A stretch of DNA of 32,000 bases from an uncultured Opitutales bacterium (GTDB lineage Bacteria > Verrucomicrobiota > Verrucomicrobiia > Opitutales > Intestinicryptomonadaceae). Each line of letters begins with the position of its first letter. Within the stretch, counting starts at the first letter, position 1. The notes beneath the pieces are model-generated. The model was not told the DNA's origin, did not search any database, and worked only from the letters and a program-made list of their open reading frames with translations. The DNA lies in contig CAKUIA010000001.1 of assembly GCA_934660865.1 (NCBI GenBank), positions 1 to 32,000 of the forward strand. Direction: 5' to 3'. This document shows, piece by piece, positions 21,885 through 31,440 of the stretch. A program made the position numbers and the translations under genes.

Positions 21885-23573
21885 TTATGTATATTTCAAA
21901 ACTTCTTCAACGGTTGTAGCCCCGTCGAATATCGCGCGCAAGCCGTCGTCGCGCAAAGTGCGCATGCCAAGCTCTATAGCCTTTTGCTTTAGAACAAGCG
22001 TTGGCGCCTTGTTTGTTATAAGCTGGCGCAAAGCGTCGTTTACAAGCAGCAATTCGAACAAGCCCTGCCTGCCCTTATAGCCGCTATTTGCACATTCGCT
22101 GCAGCCTTTGCCGAAATAGAACTGCTTGTCCGCAATTTCTATCGGGTCTACGCCAAGCATATCTATAAGCTGTTGGTCGGGCTCGTAGGCGGTTTTGCAA
22201 ACGGGACAAATGCGGCGAACCAGTCGCTGGCCCAAAACGCCCTCAAGAGACGCCGCAATAAGGAAGGGCTCCAACCCCATATCCATCAAACGCGTTACGG
22301 CGCCCGGCGAGTCGTTGGTGTGCAATGTAGCCAAAACAACGTGGCCCGTCAGCGAAGCTTGCACCGCAATTTGGGCTGTTTCCAAGTCGCGGATTTCGCC
22401 GACCATTATTTTGTCGGGGTCTTGACGCAGGAAAGCCCTTAAGCACCTTGCAAAGTCCAAACCCACATGGTGGTTAATTTGCACCTGCATAATGCCGTCG
22501 ATTTCGTATTCTACGGGGTCTTCGGAAGTGAGAATTTTTATGTCTACGGTATTTACTTCGCGCAAGGCCGAATAAAGCGTTGTAGTTTTACCCGAACCCG
22601 TCGGCCCCGTTACAATAAATATGCCGTTGGGCAGCCTTACAAGCCTTCTGATATTCTCCTTAATATCGTCCGACATGGAAAGCTTTTCCAAGTCCAAATT
22701 AACAACGCTTTTGTCGAGAATACGCAACACAACCGATTCGCCGAACTGCGTGGGCAGCGTAGACACACGCAAGTCTACAGGCCTTCCAGAAATCGTCATT
22801 TTAATACGGCCGTCTTGCGGAATACGCTGTTCTGCAATGTTTAGATTTGCCAAAACCTTTATACGCGAAATTACGGGCAAGGCCAAGCTTTTGGGCGGCG
22901 GCGCCATTTCGTAAAGCGCGCCGTCTATACGGTATCTTATTCTAAACTGGTTCTCGAAAGGCTCGAAGTGAATATCCGAAGCCTTGTCGCGAATAGCCTG
23001 CTGCAACACCAAATTAACAAATCTGATAATGGGCGTTTCGTTTGCCATATTGGCAATGTCGTTTTCCGAAACGTCGCCGTCGGCGTATGTTGTAGAGCCG
23101 GAAATTTCGCTAAGTAGGTCGTCTATAGACGTATCTTCGTCGCCGTAGCATGCCTTAATTAAAGTGTCTACATAAGAAGGGTCGGTTACAATTATATGGA
23201 CGTCTTTATTAAGGGTAAATGTTAAGTCGTCTATAATCGAGTTGTTGAACGGGTCTTTTGCCAACAGGTCTATGGAGGTATCGGAAGCCCTTACCGGAAC
23301 AACTCCGTAGTTGCGCGCAAGCTGCGCCCTTAGCTGCTTGTGCACCGCCTCCTCTATGCTCGGCGGCGGAACAAGCATACATTCGTAGCCGAGGTAGTCG
23401 GCTATTGCCTTCAACAAATCGTCTTTCGAAACAAGCCCCGAATCTATAACAACGTCGGCAAATGATTTGCCCGTACTTAAGTGCGTTTCCTTAAGGTCGT
23501 CTAACTGGGCAACCGAAAGTACTTTCTTTTCTTTGAGGATTTCGTAAATAGTGCTGTTGTTGTCTTCAAACAT
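21885..23573 (-). CDS. GspE/PilB-family secretion ATPase (paralog 2)
   Basis: 562 aa with an N-terminal T2SSE_N-like domain. It has Walker [11 protein letters not shown], an Asp box, His box [17 protein letters not shown] and the tetracysteine motif CPVCK...CSEC. A GGAGA SD lies upstream. Confidence 0.9.
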   Translation of the reverse strand: MFEDNNSTIYEILKEKKVLSVAQLDDLKETHLSTGKSFADVVIDSGLVSKDDLLKAIADYLGYECMLVPPPSIEEAVHKQLRAQLARNYGVVPVRASDTSIDLLAKDPFNNSIIDDLTFTLNKDVHIIVTDPSYVDTLIKACYGDEDTSIDDLLSEISGSTTYADGDVSENDIANMANETPIIRFVNLVLQQAIRDKASDIHFEPFENQFRIRYRIDGALYEMAPPPKSLALPVISRIKVLANLNIAEQRIPQDGRIKMTISGRPVDLRVSTLPTQFGESVVLRILDKSVVNLDLEKLSMSDDIKENIRRLVRLPNGIFIVTGPTGSGKTTTLYSALREVNTVDIKILTSEDPVEYEIDGIMQVQINHHVGLDFARCLRAFLRQDPDKIMVGEIRDLETAQIAVQASLTGHVVLATLHTNDSPGAVTRLMDMGLEPFLIAASLEGVLGQRLVRRICPVCKTAYEPDQQLIDMLGVDPIEIADKQFYFGKGCSECANSGYKGRQGLFELLLVNDALRQLITNKAPTLVLKQKAIELGMRTLRDDGLRAIFDGATTVEEVLKYT

Positions 23574-23597
23574 TTTTAAAAATCTCCAAGTTGCGGA

Positions 23598-25319
23598 TTA
23601 GTCGGCCTCGTTCATTGTTACCTTAAGAACTTCGTCGGGGGTGGTAAGGCCGCTTGCAAATTTGCGGACACCGTCTTCCCTCATTGTTCTCATGCCCAAT
23701 TCGCGGGCTTTTTGCCTTAGCTCAACAAGGGTTCTGTTTTCGTAAATCATCTGCTGAATTTCCTCGTTTACGATAAACATTTCGAAAATACCCATTCGGC
23801 CCTTATAACCTATGTTGTTGCACTTGGGGCAACCCGTACCGTGCATAAACGACATGGAAGATGCGTCTAGCTCGCTAATGCCCAAGCCCTGTAAAACTTT
23901 CGAGTCGGGTGTATAGGCCTCTTTACAGTGCACGCAGTTTTTGCGGACAAGTCGCTGAGCCAAAGCCGCCCTTAAAGACGCGCTTACCAGGAAGGGCTTT
24001 ACGCCTATATCCACCAAACGCGTTACAGCGCTTGGCGCGTCGTTTGTGTGCAAGGTAGAAAACACCATGTGGCCCGTAAGCGAAGCGTTAATTGCAATGT
24101 CGGCGGTTTCCAAGTCGCGGATTTCGCCTATCATTATTATGTTCGGCGCCTGACGCAACATGGCGCGCAAGGCCGCGGCAAATGTCATGCCAACTTCGCG
24201 CCTTACCTGAACCTGGTTTATGCCAGCCATTTGGTATTCTACGGGGTCTTCAACCGTAATGATTTTGCGGTCGGGGTGGTTCAAGTAGTTCAGGGCCGAA
24301 TAAAGCGTTGTAGATTTACCCGAACCCGTCGGACCCGTTACCAAAAAGATACCGTCGGCCATACCGACAATTCTTTCGAATACGGCTTGGTCGTCGGAGA
24401 AAAAGCCCAATTCGGGAAGCCCCAAACGAAGCCCCTCCTTGTCGAGAATACGCATTACGATACTTTCGCCGTAAACCGTGGGCAAGCTGGACACACGCAA
24501 GTCGATTTCCTTGTTGTTGAAAGCAATCTGAATACGGCCGTCTTGCGGAACGCGCTTTTCGGCAATGGAAATGTTCGCCATTAGCTTTAGACGCGAAATA
24601 ATGGAAGGCTGCAGCCTTTTGGGCGGGTTTTCAACCTCTATCAGAACGCCGTCTATACGGTACCTTACCCTGAACCTCTTTTCGAGAGGCTCCAAGTGAA
24701 TATCGGAAGCCCTGCGCGCAACTGCGTCGGTTATAAGTTTGTGAACGTAGCGGATAATCGGGGCTTCCTCTTCGCCTACGCCCTCTTCGCGCCCGGTCTG
24801 CAAACCCTGAACGCCCGAAGACTGGTCTAGGTCGCCAACGCCGCCTAAAACGTCTTTATAGTGGTCTACGCCGTACTGCTCGTTTATGGCGTTTAAAATT
24901 TCGGCTTCGGTTGCCAATTTTGCGTCTATCGGCATATTAAGCTTGTGGCTTAAATCGTCGATAGTATCCATATTGAACGGATCGCAAATTACAAGCTCAA
25001 GCTGGCCTTTGTCCCTATTAAGGGGCATTACCTTGTGCTCTATGCAATATTCTTTGGGAACAAGCACCTTCAGCTCGTCTTCAAGAGCAAGCTCTGAAAG
25101 GTCTACAATAGGCATATTAAACTCTTTCGATAGCATCTTTATAATATCCTCTGGCGAGGTATATTTTTTTGCTATCAAAAGGTCTATAAGCTTGGAATCT
25201 ATGTCGGCTTGGTTTACGCCCTCGGAGGTCAACTGCGCCTTGCCGAGAGAGACAACGTCGCCGCTAACGGCGCCGCTGTCGACAAGCATTTGCACGATAT
25301 AATCGTCGCTAGATGTCAT
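23598..25319 (-). CDS. GspE/PilB-family secretion ATPase (paralog 1)
   Basis: 573 aa with an N-terminal T2SSE_N-like domain. It has Walker [11 protein letters not shown], His box [17 protein letters not shown] and the tetracysteine motif CVHCK...CPKC. It starts 22 nt after the rho stop. Confidence 0.9.
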   Translation of the reverse strand: MTSSDDYIVQMLVDSGAVSGDVVSLGKAQLTSEGVNQADIDSKLIDLLIAKKYTSPEDIIKMLSKEFNMPIVDLSELALEDELKVLVPKEYCIEHKVMPLNRDKGQLELVICDPFNMDTIDDLSHKLNMPIDAKLATEAEILNAINEQYGVDHYKDVLGGVGDLDQSSGVQGLQTGREEGVGEEEAPIIRYVHKLITDAVARRASDIHLEPLEKRFRVRYRIDGVLIEVENPPKRLQPSIISRLKLMANISIAEKRVPQDGRIQIAFNNKEIDLRVSSLPTVYGESIVMRILDKEGLRLGLPELGFFSDDQAVFERIVGMADGIFLVTGPTGSGKSTTLYSALNYLNHPDRKIITVEDPVEYQMAGINQVQVRREVGMTFAAALRAMLRQAPNIIMIGEIRDLETADIAINASLTGHMVFSTLHTNDAPSAVTRLVDIGVKPFLVSASLRAALAQRLVRKNCVHCKEAYTPDSKVLQGLGISELDASSMSFMHGTGCPKCNNIGYKGRMGIFEMFIVNEEIQQMIYENRTLVELRQKARELGMRTMREDGVRKFASGLTTPDEVLKVTMNEAD

Positions 25320-25341
25320 ATATGTTGTCTGTTGTATATAA

Positions 25342-27558
25342 TTATCTGTTTACGCCCATTAGAAATTCTATGTTTGTGCGGGTCTTTTTCAACCTTTGAA
25401 CAAGCATTTCCATAGCCTCGCTGGAGGGAACTCCCTTCATCGCCCTGCGCAACGCATAAATCTTCTGCATTTCGTCGGGGTGATACAAAAGCTCTTCCTT
25501 ACGAGTACCGCTTTTCTCAATATTGATAGCAGGGAAAATTCGTTTGTCAACTAAACTTCTATCCAAATTTATCTCCATATTTCCCGTGCCCTTAAATTCC
25601 TCGAAAATAACTTCGTCCATCTTGCTGCCGGTCTCCACCAAGGCCGTGCCTATTATGGTAAGCGAGCCGCCGCCTTCTATGTTCCTTGCCGAGCCGAAAA
25701 ACTTTTTGGGCTTTTGCAGGGCGTTGGATTCCACGCCGCCCGACATTATCTTGCCGCTGTTGGGCATTAGGGCGTTGTAGGCGCGCGCCATGCGCGTTAT
25801 GGAGTCCAGCAAAACTACCACATTTTCGCCGCATTCCACACAGCGCCTTGCATAGCTTATAACCATTTCGGCGGCGTGAACGTGGCTTTGCGCGTCTTGG
25901 TCGAATGTCGAAGAAACTACAAGGGCGTCTACATTGCGCTTAAAGTCGGTAACTTCTTCGGGGCGTTCGTCTACAAGCAATATAATAACCTTTGCCTGCG
26001 GCGTATTTGCCCTTATCGACTTTGCCATACCCTGCATTAAAACCGTTTTGCCCGTGCGCGGCGGGGCTACAATCAGCGCCCTTTGCCCCAAGCCTATGGG
26101 GGTTAAAAGGTCTACGGCCCTCATCGAGATATTGTCCCAATCTCTGGCGGGCACCATTTCCATTATCATTCTGTCGGTCGGGTAATATGGAACTAGGTCG
26201 TTAAAGGGCGTAATTTCCTTTATTTCTTCGGGGCTTTTGCCCATTGCGCTTTCTATCTTTACGGCAAAGGGGCATTTTTCGGAAACTTCTTCGCCCGAAC
26301 GCGGCGGACAGCACACAGCCGACACTAAATGCCCCCTTTTCAACCCGTTTTCGTCTATCAAATATTGGGGAACAAACGCGCAAAAACGCCTAAGCTCGAA
26401 ATTCTCGTTAAAATATGTAATTGCGCCGCCGTAGCCTTTTTCGAACACGTCTAAAACGCCCTGTATGCGTACAAGTTTTTTGCCCTCGCGCAAAGTTTTA
26501 AAAAAGCCGTCTAGCAGGGCGTTTTTCGACATCTTTTGCGCTTGCGGCAAATAGCCGTCGGCGAACAGCTTTTCCGACAAATCCTTTGCCTGCAATTCGT
26601 TGTAGGGTGCAAAGTCAATAACTTCGGCGTCGGGGTAGTTTTCCGACAAAAAGGCGTTTGTTGCCTCCACGTTTTTAAGGGCTTCGAAAGAATAAAGCTC
26701 GCCTATTTGCAAGACGGAATCGTCGCCGTTTTTTGCGGTCATCCACTGGGGTTTTTGCGGCTTTTTGTTTTGCTGGTTTTTGTTATTGTTGTTGCCCTGC
26801 AAATTTCGGCTGTTTTGGTTGTTGTTGCGCTGGTTGCCGTTGTTGTTATTGCGCTGCTGGAAATTCTGCTGGCGGTTTTTGTTGTTATTATTGTTGTTGC
26901 GCTGCTGGAAATTCTGCTGGTTGCGGTTGTTAAACTTGTCTTTGTTAAAGCGCCCGTTTTTGTTCTCGAAATTCTGGAAACGCTTTTGGTTGCGCTTTTG
27001 TCCGAAAGAGGCGGCCTCCTCCATATCTTCGGGGTTTTGCGCCGAAATTTCGGCGGGCTGCCCGTCGGGCAAATCAGTAAAATCGTCGCCGCCGCTTAAG
27101 TCGCCATCGTCGTTTTTAGCGTAGTTGTCGGCAATCAAATCCTCGTCGGTGGTGCTGAACGAATCCGGCAAATCTTCTTCGTCGTCATCGTTGTCGAACT
27201 TTGCATACACGGGCTCGTACGACGAATTTTCGTCTAAAACAATCTCCCTTTGCGGGGTGTCTTTAAAGTGCACAACTTCGGGCTGGGCGGGCGCAGTTTC
27301 GGCATTTTCCTTTTCGCTTTCTGCGTCCGCACCCTGCTTTGCGGGGCGCTCTTGAAAACCGAAGCCGATGCCGCTTGCCGTATCGGAAGTTTCGGCTGCG
27401 GCCGCGTCGCCCGGCTTTCTTTTTCTTTTTGCGGGTTTTGCCTGCGGCTGCAAAATTTCTTCGCCGTTTTCGTCAAAAATTCTTTTTTTCGGACGCCCGC
27501 GCTTTTTCAATACGGGTTTGTCTTCGGGTACAGTTTGGGGGATATTGTTTTCTTCCAT
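25342..27558 (-). CDS. rho: Transcription termination factor Rho with a ~310-aa N-terminal extension
   Basis: The C-terminal ~430 aa are collinear with canonical Rho: ...[26 protein letters not shown]..., [59 protein letters not shown] and [16 protein letters not shown]. The N-terminus is low-complexity (basic, acidic, then N/Q-rich). Confidence 0.95.
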   Translation of the reverse strand: MEENNIPQTVPEDKPVLKKRGRPKKRIFDENGEEILQPQAKPAKRKRKPGDAAAAETSDTASGIGFGFQERPAKQGADAESEKENAETAPAQPEVVHFKDTPQREIVLDENSSYEPVYAKFDNDDDEEDLPDSFSTTDEDLIADNYAKNDDGDLSGGDDFTDLPDGQPAEISAQNPEDMEEAASFGQKRNQKRFQNFENKNGRFNKDKFNNRNQQNFQQRNNNNNNKNRQQNFQQRNNNNGNQRNNNQNSRNLQGNNNNKNQQNKKPQKPQWMTAKNGDDSVLQIGELYSFEALKNVEATNAFLSENYPDAEVIDFAPYNELQAKDLSEKLFADGYLPQAQKMSKNALLDGFFKTLREGKKLVRIQGVLDVFEKGYGGAITYFNENFELRRFCAFVPQYLIDENGLKRGHLVSAVCCPPRSGEEVSEKCPFAVKIESAMGKSPEEIKEITPFNDLVPYYPTDRMIMEMVPARDWDNISMRAVDLLTPIGLGQRALIVAPPRTGKTVLMQGMAKSIRANTPQAKVIILLVDERPEEVTDFKRNVDALVVSSTFDQDAQSHVHAAEMVISYARRCVECGENVVVLLDSITRMARAYNALMPNSGKIMSGGVESNALQKPKKFFGSARNIEGGGSLTIIGTALVETGSKMDEVIFEEFKGTGNMEINLDRSLVDKRIFPAINIEKSGTRKEELLYHPDEMQKIYALRRAMKGVPSSEAMEMLVQRLKKTRTNIEFLMGVNR

Positions 27559-28128
27559 TTATTTTAAACGCAATTTTTTTATAACAACGTCTATCTGCTC
27601 GCCCAAAAACGAGGGCGAACCGTCGTTAAACAAAACAATGTCGGCCAACAAGGCCTTTTTCCCGCACGAAAACTGAAACGCATCGCGCCTGGAAATTTCC
27701 GTCTCCGACATTCCGCGAAGCCCCAAGCGCCTGCGCCTAACGGGCTCGCTACAAAATATACTAATGCACAAATCGAAATTCCTTTCAAGATTTTTTTCGA
27801 ACAAAAGGGGCACTTCGAACAGCGAAAGCGGCGCGTTGCACGAGTCTACAAAGGCGTTGAACCTTTTGTGGAAAACGGCCTCGTAGGCCCTTAAAAGAGC
27901 GGCGTCGGCAAATACCCTTTCGGAAATATATTTTTTGTCTGCCAAGCCCTTTTCGTCGAATGCCGCGCTGCCTATAAGCGATTTTACCTCGTTTTTTACC
28001 TCGGCGTTTGTGTTTAATAAATCGGCGCAAAACTTGTCGGCATTAACAACGTTAAAGCCCCTTTCGGCAAAAACGGCGCAAGCCGTGCTTTTGCCGCAGC
28101 CCATTGCGCCGCTTATTGCAAGTTTCAT
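27559..28128 (-). CDS. coaE: Dephospho-CoA kinase
   Basis: 189 aa with P-loop ISGAMGCGKST at the N-terminus and CoaE-like length and organisation. Its stop codon directly abuts the rho ATG (TAAATG). Its start overlaps the def stop by 4 nt. Confidence 0.8.
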   Translation of the reverse strand: MKLAISGAMGCGKSTACAVFAERGFNVVNADKFCADLLNTNAEVKNEVKSLIGSAAFDEKGLADKKYISERVFADAALLRAYEAVFHKRFNAFVDSCNAPLSLFEVPLLFEKNLERNFDLCISIFCSEPVRRRRLGLRGMSETEISRRDAFQFSCGKKALLADIVLFNDGSPSFLGEQIDVVIKKLRLK

Positions 28129-28703
28129 TTTCCGGATTTTAATTCGTCGCGCGTCAGTCTTTTAAGCTTTTTAAGCTTTGCCTCTATTTTTGCGTATTGG
28201 CGCGGGTGCAAATTGTCGGCAATGGTTATGCCGTCTAAATGGTCGTTTTCGTGCTGTATGCACCTTGCAAAAAGCCCGTCGCATTCTATGGTGTGCGGGT
28301 TGCCGCTTAAGTCGAAATACTTTAGGCGAACCTGCTCGGAGCGCGTTTTTTCCACATAAATTCCGGGAAAAGACAAACAGCCCTCTTCACCCGTGCTTAG
28401 GTATTCGCCTATCTCCTCTACCTGCGGGTTTACCGCATAAAGCGGCATATTTATGTCTACGGGCAGCTTTCTGCCGTCCATAAACATTTCGCAAGGCTCG
28501 TCTTTGCTGCGGCGGCACCGCATATCTATAACAAAAATGCGCTCCGACAACCCGGCCTGCGGCCCTGCCAGCCCCAAGCCTTCGTTGTCTATCATAAGCT
28601 TGTACATTTCCTCGGCGCGCTGTTTTAATGCCGAATCGAACACCTTTATTTCGGCCGCGCTTTTCTCCAAAATCGGGTCTCCGAATTTGCAAAGTTTTAC
28701 CAT
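28125..28703 (-). CDS. def: Peptide deformylase
   Basis: All three deformylase motifs are present: GLAGPQAG, EGCLSFPG and QHENDHLDG. Confidence 0.95.
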   Translation of the reverse strand: MVKLCKFGDPILEKSAAEIKVFDSALKQRAEEMYKLMIDNEGLGLAGPQAGLSERIFVIDMRCRRSKDEPCEMFMDGRKLPVDINMPLYAVNPQVEEIGEYLSTGEEGCLSFPGIYVEKTRSEQVRLKYFDLSGNPHTIECDGLFARCIQHENDHLDGITIADNLHPRQYAKIEAKLKKLKRLTRDELKSGK

Positions 28704-28713
28704 GGCAAAAACC

Positions 28714-29154
28714 CTATTCTTTGGGAATGATATTGTCGGTTCTTACAACCAAAACGGGCTCTTTGGTTTTCACCCAAAGCTTGTGCTCTTTAAATATTTT
28801 CGAAGAGCCGAACTCCATAATTTCCGAAACCTTCTTGGCGGGATACCTGCGGCCTTTGGGGCTAACGTTAAAGTCGTACGCCGACTGGTATACCCTTTCC
28901 AAGGCCGTCATTGCGTTGTCGTCTTCGGGAATTTGTATTACCCAACCCGAATAGTCTTCGTCCTTAAATTTGCCGTAGGGATCGCTTAAAACGAACACAA
29001 ACTGTTTTTTTACCGCGGGTTCCTTTTCGCCCTTTTCCTGCTGCGAAACCTTAACTTCGTAGCTTATGTCCTCTAAAATCTCCTTAATTTTCGACGAATC
29101 GAGATTGTTGCGAACCAAAACCTGTTTAACCAATTCAACGTCTATCTTTGCCAT
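28714..29154 (-). CDS. Hypothetical protein (146 aa), first gene of the def-coaE-rho array
   Basis: A clean ORF with globular-looking K/E-rich composition and no competing ORF. It ends 10 nt upstream of def. I recognise no family. Confidence 0.5.
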   Translation of the reverse strand: MAKIDVELVKQVLVRNNLDSSKIKEILEDISYEVKVSQQEKGEKEPAVKKQFVFVLSDPYGKFKDEDYSGWVIQIPEDDNAMTALERVYQSAYDFNVSPKGRRYPAKKVSEIMEFGSSKIFKEHKLWVKTKEPVLVVRTDNIIPKE

Positions 29155-29257
29155 GACAAAATAAAATAATTATATAACGAATAAAATATGCGTTTAAGAC
29201 TATATTCGGGCAGGGGAATGTAAAGCTTTCTTTAACGCGCTTAAAAAATTTTAAATT

Positions 29258-29803
29258 ATGCTCGCAATAAAAGCAAAATGGGCAATACTGGCTTTATATA
29301 CACCAATGATAGACTGGCAAATCAAACCCCTTTCGAAAAAGTCGGCACTTAGCGGCAAGCCCCTAAAGGCGGGAGATGTTGTTGTGTGCGCAGTGTTTTC
29401 GGGCGCAAACGGCGAGCTTGAACGCGCCGACATTTTGCGGGACGAATTCGAAAACGCAAAGTTCGACAAGCCCCTTTTGGGCAAGTGGTCGCGCAAGGTT
29501 TCCGAAAACCCCGAAGAGGACGAAAGGTTTGCAAAAAAATTGGCGCTGGCGTCTTCCGAAGATTTTTTCATTTCGCTTTTCGACGAAGGCACGGAACAAA
29601 GCCCGGAAAAAGACATTCTTAAAATGCTGCTTGCCTTGTTGCTGGAAAGAAAGCGCATACTAAGGGCGCAGGGGCGCCCCGTACGCAATGTGCAAAAATA
29701 CCTGCACATTCAAAGCAAAAGGGTTTTCGACGTTCCGCAGCAGAATATAGACGCCGAACTATTTGTGAAAATCCAGTCGCAGATAGACAGCATTATAATT
29801 TAA
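29258..29803 (+). CDS. Hypothetical protein (181 aa, or 165 aa from the ATG at 29306)
   Basis: I prefer this ORF over the antisense ORF 29251..29709, which is Ser-rich junk. It contains ...EKDILKMLLALLLERKRILRAQGRP... amphipathic helical segments. I recognise no family and the start is uncertain. Confidence 0.45.
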   Translation: MLAIKAKWAILALYTPMIDWQIKPLSKKSALSGKPLKAGDVVVCAVFSGANGELERADILRDEFENAKFDKPLLGKWSRKVSENPEEDERFAKKLALASSEDFFISLFDEGTEQSPEKDILKMLLALLLERKRILRAQGRPVRNVQKYLHIQSKRVFDVPQQNIDAELFVKIQSQIDSIII

Positions 29804-29827
29804 CAAATAAAACAAAATACACTACCT

Positions 29828-30346
29828 ATGAAAAAATTGGCGAAAATATTTGCGGGCGCGCTGGCGGTTGTGCTGCTTAGCTCGTGCATGCACGACGAAC
29901 CCGAAAACCTGTTTACTTTCCATTTGGCGCAAACCCGCCATTCGGGCTTGGAAAGAGATATAGAACAGTTCGAGCTGCCCTACAGCAAAATAAAGTGCAC
30001 ATTGCAAAAGAACCATTTTACAAGCATAAACGAGCTTGAAAAAGTCGAATTGGCCGAAGTTAAGCTTGAAACGGGCGGCTCTATTTTGGGCTATTATTTT
30101 ACCTTTACCCAAGTTGGCAAAAACAGGCTTTTGGCGGCTACGGCGGCCAACATCGGCGCAATTATAGTGCTTAAAGACAACGACAAGGTTATAGCCTCGC
30201 GCAAGATAGACACTACAATTTCCGACGGCATGCTGTTTATGATTCCCGAAGCGGACATAGAAAACAACGAAAAGCTTGCCGAGCAAATGGAACAATGGAG
30301 CGAATCCATTAGGAGAATGAGGGTTATAAGAGACAGTTTATGGTAA
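29828..30346 (+). CDS. Hypothetical lipoprotein (172 aa)
   Basis: Signal peptide plus lipobox MKKLAKIFAGALAVVLLSSC. The segment ...LLAATAANIGAIIVLKDNDKVIASRKIDTTISDG... weakly resembles the SecD periplasmic-head pattern. It overlaps the downstream M23 gene by 7 nt. Confidence 0.6.
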   Translation: MKKLAKIFAGALAVVLLSSCMHDEPENLFTFHLAQTRHSGLERDIEQFELPYSKIKCTLQKNHFTSINELEKVELAEVKLETGGSILGYYFTFTQVGKNRLLAATAANIGAIIVLKDNDKVIASRKIDTTISDGMLFMIPEADIENNEKLAEQMEQWSESIRRMRVIRDSLW

Positions 30347-31338
30347 AATTTGTTTCGGCATTTTTATCGCTATTGGCAATTTCGACGCGTCTGCTATGGG
30401 GCGTCGATATTGTTTGGCCTACGCCCTCAACGGAATTCCAAAACGGCGAGCCCATAGAAAAGTTCATTCAGCCGACGGCTTCGGGCATTCCAACCAGCGG
30501 GCTTTTCGGCGACGTTCGCAGCAACGGCTACAAATTCCACGAGGGCATAGATATTAAGCCCGTAAGCCGCGGCAAAAAAGGCGCGCCAAAAGACGAAATT
30601 TATGCCGCCATAGACGGCAGGGTTGTGCTTGTAAACAAAATTGCGGGCAACAGCGGCTACGGCAAGTATGTGGTGCTTGTGCACGATATGCTCGACGTTC
30701 CCGTATACACCCTATACGCCCACCTTTTCAGCATAGACGAATCCATAAGGGTTGGCATGGCCGTAAAGGCGGGGGCTACGCTTGGCATAATGGGGCATAC
30801 GGCCTCCTATTCAATTCCCGTAAGCCGCGCGCATTTGCATTTCGAAATCGGAGTACTAATGTCGCAGCATTTCGAATCGTGGTATGCAAAGCAAAACTAC
30901 AAGCAAAAGAATTTTTACGGCAACTACAACGGCATAAACCTTACGGGCTTCGACCCCATGTATTTCTTCGAAACGGTAAAAAGCGGCAAGCTTACCTCTA
31001 TGAAGGCGTTGATACAAAAAATCCCCACCGCCTTTGTGCTTAGGCTGTATACCAAACAAACGCCTGACTTTGTGCGCATGTACCCCGAATTGGCCGACGC
31101 AAAAAGCACCGAATACGGCTGGGACATTTACTTTACATGGTTTGGAATGCCCATAAAGTTTTCGCCGATAAAAAACCCGCGCGCCGGCGCACGCGAGGGC
31201 GACTGCGAAATTGTGGAGTACAACCCAAACGAACTTACGCGCAAATGCCGCAGGCACGTTGTTGTAAACAAAAAGGGCCTGCCCGTTCCCACGGCGGAAT
31301 TAAAAAACACGCTGCAAAAGCTGTTCCCAAAAAGGTAA
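30340..31338 (+). CDS. M23-family metallopeptidase (peptidoglycan endopeptidase-like)
   Basis: HxxxD motif FHEGIDI, ...GYGKYVVLVH...LYAHL... and the HxH motif AHLHFEI. The N-terminus is hydrophobic (signal or anchor). Confidence 0.85.
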   Translation: MVKFVSAFLSLLAISTRLLWGVDIVWPTPSTEFQNGEPIEKFIQPTASGIPTSGLFGDVRSNGYKFHEGIDIKPVSRGKKGAPKDEIYAAIDGRVVLVNKIAGNSGYGKYVVLVHDMLDVPVYTLYAHLFSIDESIRVGMAVKAGATLGIMGHTASYSIPVSRAHLHFEIGVLMSQHFESWYAKQNYKQKNFYGNYNGINLTGFDPMYFFETVKSGKLTSMKALIQKIPTAFVLRLYTKQTPDFVRMYPELADAKSTEYGWDIYFTWFGMPIKFSPIKNPRAGAREGDCEIVEYNPNELTRKCRRHVVVNKKGLPVPTAELKNTLQKLFPKR

Positions 31339-31367
31339 AAAGCCATTGGGCAAAATTCTAAAAAATA

Positions 31368-31403
31368 AAATCCGGCCAAAAAATATTTAGGGTCGGATTT
31401 TTG
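31368..31403 (+). terminator. Terminator-like hairpin between the convergent M23 and UDG genes
   Basis: AAATCCGGCC / GGTCGGATTT form a 10-bp stem with one G-U pair on the plus RNA and a long 13-nt loop. TTTTT follows, and an A-run lies upstream. Confidence 0.45.
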
Positions 31404-31440
31404 CGTTTTATGCAATGTGCAAATCTAAATGCGGAAATTT

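Noticed and set aside
23598-25319. Possible c-di-GMP-binding MshEN motif (RLGxxLLxxGLIxxxxLxxxLxxQ) in the N-termini of the two GspE paralogs.
   Set aside because: Hand alignment shows the key Arg, Gly and Gln positions replaced in both proteins (for example [17 protein letters not shown] and [24 protein letters not shown]). There is no support for c-di-GMP binding from sequence alone.
26746-27003. Treating the repetitive GTT/ATT/CTG-rich DNA as a microsatellite, CRISPR-like array or non-coding repeat.
   Set aside because: It lies in frame inside the rho ORF and encodes the N/Q tract. The only exact repeat is the 24-mer duplication, which I report separately. There is no spacer/repeat architecture anywhere in the window.
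29251-29709. A 152-aa minus-strand ORF competing with the plus-strand hypothetical gene. Likewise 29822..30295 on the minus strand competes with the lipoprotein gene.
   Set aside because: These translations are Ser-rich or aromatic-rich junk. The plus-strand frames have natural composition and, for 29828..30346, a textbook lipoprotein signal.
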